From positions 93,310,001 to 93,374,000 of the forward strand of contig OZ260663.1 in NCBI GenBank assembly GCA_965285935.1: a stretch of 64,000 nucleotides of DNA, in the 5' to 3' direction. Each line of letters opens with the position of its first letter. The first letter of the stretch is position 1. Under the pieces are notes generated by a model that ran no database searches, was not told the DNA's origin, and saw nothing but the letters and a program-made list of their open reading frames with translations. Below, one piece after another: positions 28,001 through 38,314 of the stretch. This DNA is from Ophelia neglecta (taxonomy: Eukaryota). The position numbers and the translations under genes are program-made.

Positions 28001-31000
28001 ACAATTCCTTATGATTTTGGACCCATTTTGCGGTTTGCTGGTATCAAATCCGTTTTTTTGTAGTTGTATAATTCAATTAAAGATAGAGTATTAATTCTAT
28101 CCTGTGTATCAAGTGCTCATTTTGTTCAATTTCACATTTGATGAAATGTTAGTTAAACCAGTGTTCTTATAGTGAGTAATATTTTACCTCAGATCCCACC
28201 AAAGGTTGGATTCCCCTGTGTGGGGCGGAGACAAGAGAGGAAGTAGTTTACCTCTCGGAGACAGAGGGCATTGAGATCAGTTTAAGTAATCCCAAGAAGA
28301 CCAATCACGGGGCGTATTTCCTACTTGGATACGAAAGTGGGTCCATTAAGTTAACTCTCTTTAATCGCAGGAACTATATAAAATGTTTTTCTGTGGGCGT
28401 AAATAGTGATTGCAAGTTGACGGCGTTATAATGACTTGCCTAGAAAAAGATCTCAAAAACGTGCACTGCGTCATGCAATAGTAGAATTTATTATCACACA
28501 ATCGTAATAATTATTGCTTTTTGTTTTTTCCATATCAGTTATAGGGTGTCCTAATTACATACCTCCTGAAGGAGGGGTCATCGAGCGCCACAATAATGAT
28601 ATAACAGTGACATGTCCCGCAACTGGAAGTGAGTGGTTCTTGTCTTGTGAAGGAACAAGTTGGAGCTCAAATGGGGCTGTTATAGAATGCGCAGAAGCAG
28701 GTTTGTGATACATGTGTTATGTCATAGTTCCGTGACAAGCAAATAAAGCTTAAGCAGAGAGATGTTGTTCTACTGCCCGATTATCTGGAATAAAGTGGAA
28801 ACATCCACACACATACAGTTCTGCTTACGACAGACCGTGATGATATCGCGACATGAGGTCGGAAAGATGCCGGTTTAAGGCCGTGATAATGTCGCAAGAT
28901 TATCGGTAACTTTGCCGGTATTACCGCGATATATTCCCGGCCTGTGTCGCAACTTTGTCGCTGGTTCGCAGTATCGCCACGACGGCCTGTGTGCCTATTT
29001 ACCGCAGCTGTGTGTAACAGAGAAACAAAAAGTAGTTCGCCTATCTGTTCTCGATCACTCGTTGAACTTCGAGCTATAATCATGGTAACTGCGAGCATAG
29101 AGTCTCATTCTTGAACTGTTATAACTATTACGGGGCTTTAGTCTCAGAATGAGTTTTTCGGTCCGTGTCAAGTTAGGATTGAGGTACCCCCCCCCCCCCC
29201 CTCCAACACAATGTCCCCGCCATATGCACGTGGCTCCCTATATACATGTATCACTTGGAGAATTTCGTATTGATAAACTAAATTGCTCCATTTATGTATA
29301 GCACCATATTATTTATCTTTCCTCCGCACACACGGGTGGTGATCGCTAGGCTTCTATGGGACATAGGCCTAATCATCATGCCAAACATTTGCCTGAAGAC
29401 GCGAGTAATCACCAGACGTCCAGTTGATTAGACAAACACATCAAAGCCACCAAAGACTACACGAGGCGACGGCTTGTGTATTTATCCAGAAACAATAGAC
29501 GCCTTCGTAATTTAATCAATTTTAGTGCAAGGGTTGAAAATCACCGTTTTAATTCTTCAGTATATGGACAGTGTCTAGAACTACAACCCAATTTAAAAAC
29601 TAAATTATGCTTACATCTTACATGACAAGTTTACAAGTAAATTCACAGAAAACGCCAGATTGCCTGATTATCAATAATATATATTGCTACTGGCCGCCTG
29701 AATGCCTCTGACAGTTAATCAACTGCGTCGGTAAAAGTATCCCCATATGCCCGCACATTGTATTGACTTCAGATGTTATTTACCCCGAAATTAATTGTTA
29801 TCATTATTATTTTCTTTGTAAAACAAGTATGTAACACATTATTTATAACTGTATTTGCACTTATCTAGCTTCAGTCTGGAGGTGATACATGTAAGTGGAT
29901 ACACCACAACCCTTGATATCTTTAAGTGCTGATCGCAATTGCTTTAGTTCGCATAAAGAAAAAGCCACATCAAACGTTCACACCTACCAACCAATGTTTC
30001 CTGCATTGCAATCATCAAAGGTGGAGAAAGTCACTAACCATTTCTCACCTATAGGATCCCTATCTCTTTGATTCAGACTAGTTTGTCACGGGGATTTTTG
30101 CAATTCGTATGCCAAAATTCAGAGTGTCTTACTTTGAGATTTATTCGATATAAGTTTCGGGGCTAGAAATTTAGAAAGATTGTATACCACAACGATGAAT
30201 GCTACCTAAGTTGGGATTTCAACTTATTCAAGATAGAATACAGATAATTTTGGAAATATGCTGACACAACACAATCTGATAATATAAGGACACTTCTTCA
30301 GTTTGTACAATTTTATTATCAACAACTGGGATAAACAATGATAACTTTAACAGAACTTGGTCTTTTATCGCATATACTATATCTGCATGTGAATCCATCA
30401 ATGCTCTGACAGGTATTAAATAGATCTACAATACAAGGAAACCTTAACTGCTTATCCCGGCTGGTTTTCGGTAAATACTATGTAATACATGTTTTCAGAA
30501 GTAGAGTAGCGGCATTTAACACCCGGTGTATCCTCCGTTAGCCTCACACACTTTAGGCAGCACCTGAAAAAGCGAAAAAATACCACATTGTAGTAATGAT
30601 ATACGGTTTTGGGCCGTGGAAGGCTTAACAGCGTTAACACCAATTAAGAGACGCTATACACACACACATCAAAGACACCGCGCCTTAGAGTAGACGACTA
30701 GCTAGAGTAGCTTGTTTACTAAACAAACGATACACAACCTAAAGACGCCGCGCCTTACAGCAGACGGCAGCTTGTTAATTAAACAAACAGAGAACAATGG
30801 CAGTACACAACTGACAACACACAGTCCAGGTAAGATTGTTGGTATGTAAATTTGGCCCTTCGCCTTTTTTATATTCAGTGACTATAGTAGATGTCAATTT
30901 GGAGTAGTGAAAGAACCTGCCACAATTACCTTTGGTATATGATCTATATATTTGTTGCATTGATCGACGGTGAGATGTTCCTCCCACGCCTTCACAATCG

Positions 31001-34000
31001 CCGCTTTTAGTTCTTCTTTGGTGTTGACTTTAGCCTTTGCCACTCGGTATTTCATAGCATGCCATACCAATTCTATAGGGTTGAGGTCTGGGGACTCTGC
31101 GGGACTGCGGAACCATGGTAGATTATGGTCCTATAGAAAACGCAAACAGGTAAGTATGTGAAATACAAGGAACGGATAAGCTGTTTTTAAATTAAGATGA
31201 TATCCAGGGTTTGATGGATACACATACAGTAGGTTTACGGCGATGAAAACAGATTTATTCATTCGCCAGAAAGCTAACAGATGTTACTGGCATAGTTTTA
31301 GATGGGCATATTAGAAAAATACTATTGTAAATATTATTTTCTGTTACCTGGAGATATCCTGATGCTAATCTGCTCGTGTGTTTGGGGTCATTATCAGCCC
31401 ACATGCGACATCCCTCTGGGTACAGGTCTCGGACTGATGGAAGATAGGCCTGGTCAAGTATCGTATTGGTGTAAAACTCTGCGTCCATGATACCTTCAAA
31501 GACAGCCAGGCATGTTGGTCCTCTGCGGCTAATTCCTCCCCACACATGCATCTTGACGCAGTTTTTGGCTTTGATACCATAGTATCGAGACTTTGAAACA
31601 TTGCCCTCTTCGTCACAGGAAACCTGAAAGAGACAAATGTGTGAGGTACATAGTTACTTTGCTGATAAAGTACTATACAATTTCATCTGTAAGTGATGTT
31701 AATCAAAGAGTGTTAATGCATGCGTATACACGTAGGCCTGCCATTACATTTAGGGCTATATTCACCACATAAATAAATAAATAAAGTACCTTCACGAGTG
31801 ATTTTCCATAATTGGCATGCGTCTGGAATGTCGATTCATCGGTGAAAACTACGTCATGAAAGGTTTCCCCCGTCCGCATCAACATCTCAGCGAATTCCAG
31901 TCTCTTTGGCTTATTGGCGTCTCGTATCATGGGCAGTACACGGATATTCTCTGCACTAAATCCCATCTTCTGTCTCATACGCCGAATACTCACTGCCGGT
32001 ATGTTAATATCGAAACGCTCGAGTATGGCATGGGACATCTCAGCTGATGTGACCTTAAATGGGGAAATAAATAGTACATCACACTAGCATGATTTTCTAC
32101 AGTGTAAAGCCCATAACTGAAAAATAAGATAGTTTTATGCCCACATGTACATGTATTGTCCATACAGGTACATGTTCGCCAGCCGATGTAAATGTACACG
32201 TATGATATGACTATAGGTGATAGTGGCTAAAAATGTATTTACCTGTCGATTTTCGAGCTTGTCGTACTCTGATTCAATGAACCTGAGAACTTCTGGTGTG
32301 GCTCTGGAGAAGTGTTTTCTGGGTGAGTCGATCAGGCTGCCGGTGTCCATGTAACGACGCACGGTGTCCGCTATAGTCTGCCGGCCGATCTTAAACCCCT
32401 CTTCCGTCATTTCTCGATAAACTTCGGAAACTGTTTTCCCATTCATGTACCGTATAACTATCTGCTGGCGTGTATGTATCGAATGGCGTGGCATTTTCTC
32501 ATCTGTTGATTGGTTCTATTGGGAGCTTGTAACTTTACAGAAATGTAGTGAATCCAAGGTTAAAGATGGGTATATTTATAAGCGTTTACACTTTCTTGGT
32601 GATCCGAGTATGCTTTCGCGGGAATTGTATCGCCGGGGTGAAATAAACAAAGTGACACGCAATGGGAGCACATCAGTGGTACCAGCATCGGGGCAATCCG
32701 GTTGTGATATCCCTGGATATCAAAGAAGTCTTAATTGGAAGTTACCCGGTCTGTAACAAACAATGCCGCGTAACCGGATTGATATGCTCCAAATAATGTT
32801 CAATATCTACTCACTTCAAAGAAACACAGGTAATTGCTTCTTTCAGATTAGCTTCACACTCTTTCCCAGGCAAGGATTTGAAAGGATTGATATGCTCTTT
32901 TTGTTTAATATTTACTCGAAACAAAGAAAGTCAGTATATACTACCTATTTGATGAGCTCCGAGCTCTCCTACAGTCAGGCATAAAACTGACACCTGCCAT
33001 CAAATTCTTCACTCTCATGAGAAACAGACAGCTCTAACACATCGACGTTTCAACATGCCACGAATAATTTTACCTAGAATGGCCCTCGTCTATTGTCCCA
33101 GTGATGAAACCACCTCTGTAGTTGACATCAAGAAAATTACTACATCTCGAGAGCTAATCAAGAAAGACGCATTGGTAGAGGTTGAGCACCAAGAAGAGAC
33201 ATTTGAAGCCCGAATATTAGCCTTGAGTGGTAAGCATAGTACCAAAATGGTTAATAAAATATTAAAAACGTTTAATGTGTATTTACTGGGAACATAAGTT
33301 ACTAAGGCATTTTATTAAATCATTCTTGTTCTCTTTTACAGATAGTCTGAAGGAATTGACGGAGTCGGAGAACGCGTTTTGGCAAGACGAGTCTGAGAAT
33401 GATGGAGGAAACTGCGACCCACCGTCACTTGAGTCCACGCCCAGATGTCCGACCCCGCCGCCGAGAAGCCCGACACCACCACCTACTAGACTACCCAGGC
33501 GAAAGTACGAGCAGAGCAAGCCTCTTAAGTCTGGCAAGCCACCAGTACGTACTAGCGTAATATTTATTTAAATACACGTCTATGTATAAAATAACTTAAT
33601 AATGGCATTCATTTTCCCATAAACGAAATATTAATAACGATTTCTTGGTGGTTGTTTAAGAAGTAAAGGCTTACATGTGTATATGCCTTTAAGACATTGT
33701 GAATATTATCGACAATATTGTATCAGTGTTTTTTTTCTATAGGCGAAATGTTTGACAATATATCGGCCTACTCTGCTGAGGACTACGGAGGACACGCCCT
33801 CCATTATAGGAGAGGCTATGAGAGCCCTCACAGAGCCTGTGATCGTGCAGGAGGAGGACCATCACGCACCCGGGGCGAGCGCTTTTCCGGCCCCGGGAGT
33901 ATCCACCTCGGGATCCACCTCCACCGAGACCAGGCCATCCTCGGGGTCCACCTCCTTCTCTAATTTAGTGAAATCCAAGGTAAATAAAAGAATGTATAGC

Positions 34001-37000
34001 ATTGGACATGATAGTAATATTTAGGATTTATCCATACGCTCGTAAAAACAATTCTTAAAACGTGATCAGAACCTATAAGTTTAACAGTAGGCCTACATTA
34101 AAAAATTATATTGTTCACCATTGAAGTACAGAAAATAAATCAAGGGTGTATTTAGTTCATTTCTCTTTCTTCTTTTGTAGGAGCCGCATGTACAGGCCGA
34201 TGGTAACATCCTCCCTGACCGCACTGTCCCAATCAGGAGGGAGGAAACATCACTTGCGGACCGATTAGGCATTCTGGAGAAGAAGATGGCCCGACTGGAG
34301 ATCCTGGAGCGGACTGTAGCGGAGCAACAGGCGGAAATCGAACGCCTTCGGTTGGCACTCAGTACACGGGGTGACCAGGCTCCCCTACAGCCACCAACCG
34401 TGCCTGAGGAAGGTCAGGCAGAGGAAGCTGTTCCGGTCCAGCCACCCTTTCGGGGCCATGCCGCTCCCCAGGCCGCTGCACCAGAGACAGACGCTCCCCA
34501 GGCCGCCCCTCTCGAGGCGGTTCCCCAAGCAGCCGCACCCCAACCCGCAGGTGCTCCCCGGGCCGCAGCTCGCCAGGCAGCCCAGCCCCAGCCCACGAGA
34601 CACCTCAGGCCTGAAGACGCGCGGTGCCTGAATGAGCTCGACGTCATTCAGCCAAACTATGAAGCGGACCCTGAGCTTGTCAGGCAACTCATTACGGACA
34701 GGTGTACGGCCCGTGTATTCATATCGCAACTAGCCAGGTCCATGTATTCGGTGCATGAACGGGCAGCCGACTGCAATGTCATGGGCCGAGGCCGGCCTTC
34801 CATTTCACCTCAGAAGCGTAGACTTCAGACCATCACTGAAGTGTACCGGCGAACATTCGGCATTACTTCAATCAAGGACTCCCGGAACCTTGTAAGAACC
34901 ACGATCGATGACATAAACCGACATTACAGGATTCTGCTGCGCAAGGCACTGGACAGGGACTAATTGTGGCTTCGTGTGATTATGATTGTAAACAGAACTG
35001 ATTTAGACGTTTCATTGCAGAAACATAGCCTATATATATTGTTCGTGTTTATTGGTGGGGGTCTGTGAATGTACTGTACATATACTGTCGCACTTTAAAT
35101 TTGTCGCAGTTTTCTATATTATGTTTTTATTATCCATATATTTATGTTCATTAAAAAAAATTATCTAATATTTCAGTATGCAATAAAGTGTAACACATTT
35201 AGAGCAAGTTTACTGTTTTATATTACAATACACATAAATGATGTTTCTTCATCTTTATATAAAGACTTGAATATTATTAGGGCGAACACTAGAATAGCTT
35301 AACATCCATATATGGCCAGTGTACAAGGGCATGCCAGGCTACAATTGGCTTTCGACTATCTGAAATTACATTCAGACTAAACTTTATTGCTGACAGCATA
35401 CACTAACGTTAGGCCTACGCTAGACCATCGACTGCCGCGTAGTAATTTTGGCATGGTATACCGCAGTCCGGCTATCGCCCACAGCCAGACTGGTCAGTGC
35501 CGGCACATATCGCGGCCGCAACTCCGACAATATTGCGATACGGACCGCGGTTCTGCCGGCAAAAGTTGTAAAATTGTCGGGCTCCTATCGCGATATTATG
35601 GCCGATGTTCCGTGATATTATCCCGATAATACAGCGATATCATCACGGTCTGTCGTAAGCAGAACTGTATCTAGATTATAAGGCTCATACCTTCATGCTC
35701 AGAAGGATGTTCAATGCCTGTAATAGTTGAGAAGCATATGGTCCAATAAACTAATCGAATATGTAATTATAAAAGATCAGATGCTGCTAGAATGATAGTT
35801 TAAATTTAGCTGCATGATCGCTTTTTTTTCAAACGCATAGCCTACCTTTTCTAATCACGTGTAATTTTTCATTGGGAAAAAAATTATATTTGTATTTGAT
35901 AGACTTTACGTTGGTAATGCGGCATTTCCAAATCAAGATATTGCGACTGCACAAATGACAAACACATTTAGACCAACGAAAACAAACCATTGTAAGGTAG
36001 AAAATATAACAGACCGTAGTGCGTGGCCTCCCTTCATTCTTATTTGCAGACGACATGAAACGAAATGTTTATGTATAGGTTCATACGTACGGATTTCATC
36101 ATCAAGGTAAATTTTTTTTTTTACAGATGGTCCGTCTATGTCTATTGGTGCTCTGTTTAAGAGTGCTCTAACCTTACCACAATGTGAGTAAACAAACTTT
36201 AGTTAATTGATATCAAATTAATAATAAACTAAGCCATCAACATCCTCCCTTCGTATGTATCAGAAAGAAAAAAAAATTTAAACTAGCTTCAAACATTCTT
36301 ACCATTTCTCACTCATAATACTTTTCAGGGTTACTCATTGTAATAATCATAGCTGCTGCAGTTATCATAGCATTGCCTATAACTGTGATCGGCATTTTAA
36401 GTTTTCGAAGGTCAGTGCCACATGTTTTTTATTACATTTTTCAAAAGATGCAAGACCCAGTTAACTTTGTAAGCTTCCATTTAGTATTGAAATAGACAAC
36501 GCTATTCATCGCCGTCGAATGATCCTCGAATACCTACCTTTTTTAATATAGTACCGCTCATCAATGAACATTTTATGTAGGTTCCTGTCTGGTTTTCTAA
36601 GGCTGGAAATTAAAACGACAACAAAATCAATAACCATTGATCTTACGTTATTCCATATTTCTTTCTGAACAGAAAACATGACCAGATATCAACGTATGGC
36701 CCAAACCAGCAGTTGGACGCTGATGAGTGCTTGTCACATCCGGGGTATTGTGCAAAAGAATATGATCCAATGCTGAATAGAAACGATTTAACGGGAAACT
36801 CCTTTCGAGGCAGGGAGTATATTACTACCGCGCAAAGACATAAGGCTGCACGTCCGGGCGCTGTGACACCTGGTGGTGATTTTTCCCATCTGCCTTTACC
36901 ACCGTCCGCATTTTCCGCAGAAACCGGGAACAACACCATGAGCGCAAAACCAGGTGGAGAACGGTCTCCACGGGATAGTACGAATACTTCATACAAAGTA

Positions 37001-37132
37001 GATTGCAAAGACGATAAATATGAGTCACCAATTGTCTTGCGGCGCACGCGCAGTGAGAGCGATTCTAGCGAGCCGTTCTACAACGAGGTATACGAGGAGC
37101 ATACCAATTCCCATAACGAATCCCCGCAATAA
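25077..37132 (+). CDS. Lectin-CUB-CCP-TM receptor paralogue 5 (515 aa; transposon in intron 5; shortened tail)
   Basis: join(25077-25149,27055-27345,27551-27829,28193-28336,28539-28700,36127-36183,36329-36410,36673-37132)=1548 nt, open frame. The stop at 37130-37132 is ~20 codons earlier than in paralogues 2-4. Confidence 0.85.
28816..28849 (+). repeat. Left terminal inverted repeat
   Basis: CAGTTCTGCTTACGACAGACCGTGATGATATCGC, the exact reverse complement of 35634-35667; begins CAGT as is typical of Tc1-like TIRs. Confidence 0.96.
28836..28985. repeat. Left subterminal degenerate ~11-bp CpG-cored repeat array
   Basis: CpGs start at 28849, 28860, 28871, 28882, 28893, 28904, 28916, 28927, 28938, 28948, 28959. 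Confidence 0.75.
30516..32494 (-). CDS. Tc1-like DD34E transposase, 5 exons, 346 aa, intact
   Basis: complement(join(30516-30563,30930-31130,31348-31623,31790-32053,32243-32494)), four phase-0 GT-AG introns. N-terminal HTH region with SPRK, then VVFTDESTF, VWGGIS, ADNDPKH, SPDLNPIELVW (34 residues between the second D and E), ending NGGYTGC*. Confidence 0.93.
32495..33054. promoter_or_regulatory. Divergent promoter region between the transposase and BEN genes
   Basis: 560 bp between head-to-head ATGs. TATAAA on the minus strand at ~32575-32580, TTTCGCGGGAA at 32614-32624, and an imperfect ~47-bp direct repeat starting GGATTGATATGCTC at 32776 and 32884. Confidence 0.55.
33055..34963 (+). CDS. 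BEN-domain protein (BEND5-like architecture) encoded inside the transposon, 4 exons, ~465 aa
   Basis: join(33055-33229,33342-33544,33743-33979,34181-34963)=1398 nt, open frame, canonical splice sites (the start could be the second Met). N-terminal ALVYC..DETTSVV...FEARILALSDSLKEL resembles the BEND5 N-terminus. Then a Pro/Ser linker, a coiled coil (LADRLGILEKKMARLEILERTVAEQQAEIERLRLAL) and a C-terminal BEN pattern (FISQLARSMYSVHER..CNVMGRGRPSISP..RLQTI...F...IDDINR). AATAAA at ~35182. Confidence 0.82.
35500..35650. repeat. Right subterminal degenerate ~11-bp CpG-cored repeat array
   Basis: CpGs at 35501, 35513, 35525, 35536, 35546, 35557, (TG at 35567), 35578, 35589, 35603/35611, 35624, 35635, 35646. 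Palindrome TATCGCGATA at 35586-35595. Confidence 0.65.
35634..35667 (-). repeat. Right terminal inverted repeat
   Basis: GCGATATCATCACGGTCTGTCGTAAGCAGAACTG followed by TA. Confidence 0.96.
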
Positions 37133-38081
37133 AACACGGATCCTTTGGGCTAGACGATAGGCCAAGACCAGATGGTTCCTCCCACTATGTAGTTTTTCGG
37201 GGCGACAATATTATGGGAAAATTTCGCTAAAAAAAATTGTATTGGTTTATAAAGCCGCTTATGGAATTGAACACAAGTTGGGTATGTGCCGCTTATGCTT
37301 ATATTTTCATTCACAAATATGAGAAGGCCACCACCTTTATAGTTCATACATGTTTCATTGCTTCAAGAACGATTGTGAAGGAGGAATTTGAAAATTCGGA
37401 ACTCCTGTCAGCTTAAAATGTTTTGACTGTATTATAAACGAAATATTTCCTAATAGTACTGTACTGACAGTACATATGTTTAGCTGTAGGCATGTGTGTT
37501 ATATTGTCGGCTATTCTAATAAGAATTGTATCAATAGCCAAACCTACGCCTGATCACATCATGAAGTAAATGGCAATTTTGGCCGCGGGAGGTTGTTAGG
37601 AAACTGAAGAAATGAAGGAAATCCAAAATCGGGCACGGGATGTAACCAAAAAAAACGGAAGATGAGGGACCGAATTGCCTAATAAACGTTCCTATTATAT
37701 CGACAATGCATTTATGCCTGATCTTGTATAGATGAAAAGTTCATAGACCATAGGTGCTTCAGTAGGTGTTACTTCATTATCATGTTACATAGCTTCAATC
37801 GTTTTCAATAACATCTATTGCAACCGCTGCGTTAGACACTGCCAAGAACATCTAAGAGTTTGTGCCTGGTAAACGCTATGTACACTACAGCCGATATAAC
37901 TGATAAAGATATATTTCATGGTCAAAGTCAAACTCTTCTAAAACGGAGAAATGATCGAGTGTTTTACTGATAATATGCACGAGAATTTCTTCATTTTCCT
38001 TTATGAGCCACACCCGCCATGTTGACCTCCTTCCGTTTGCCCTTGGTGGTTTAAATTCTATGCCATATTGACATAGAATAC

Positions 38082-38197
38082 GTGAGCCGCGAGCATAGCG
38101 AGTGCTGCGCACTGCGCTGGCGCTACGTGTACCACCCATTGTAATAAGCCGCGGTTCTGTGTACACCGAGTTCTGATACTAACACTGCCAGATTGTG
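38082..38197 (+). promoter_or_regulatory. Conserved upstream element of paralogue 6
   Basis: CCACCCATTG at 38132-38141, 183 bp before the ATG. Confidence 0.7.
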
Positions 38198-38314
38198 AAG
38201 GAAAATATTTGGAATACAGACATAATGAGCATTGGATTATAAAATGGGATTATATCTTGCAGATAATATTATGGTTATTCATCGAAGTTGTTAGTGTATA
38301 TTCACAGTGTTACA

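Larger units (their letters stand above)
28816..35667. mobile_element. Tc1-like (IS630-Tc1-mariner, DD34E) DNA transposon, 6,852 bp, with two genes
   Basis: Perfect 34-bp TIRs; TA on both sides (28814-28815, 35668-35669). The joined flanks reconstruct the intron seen uninterrupted in paralogues 1-4. Contains a transposase and a BEN-domain gene. Confidence 0.95.

Noticed and set aside
34385-34729. Overlapping antisense and alternative-frame ORFs in the BEN gene
   Set aside because: Shadows of a GC-rich Ala/Pro/Gln low-complexity coding segment.
28816-35667. Transposon as the cause of the divergence boundary in paralogue 5
   Set aside because: Divergence begins ~850 bp upstream of the insertion and looks older than an element with perfect TIRs and intact genes.
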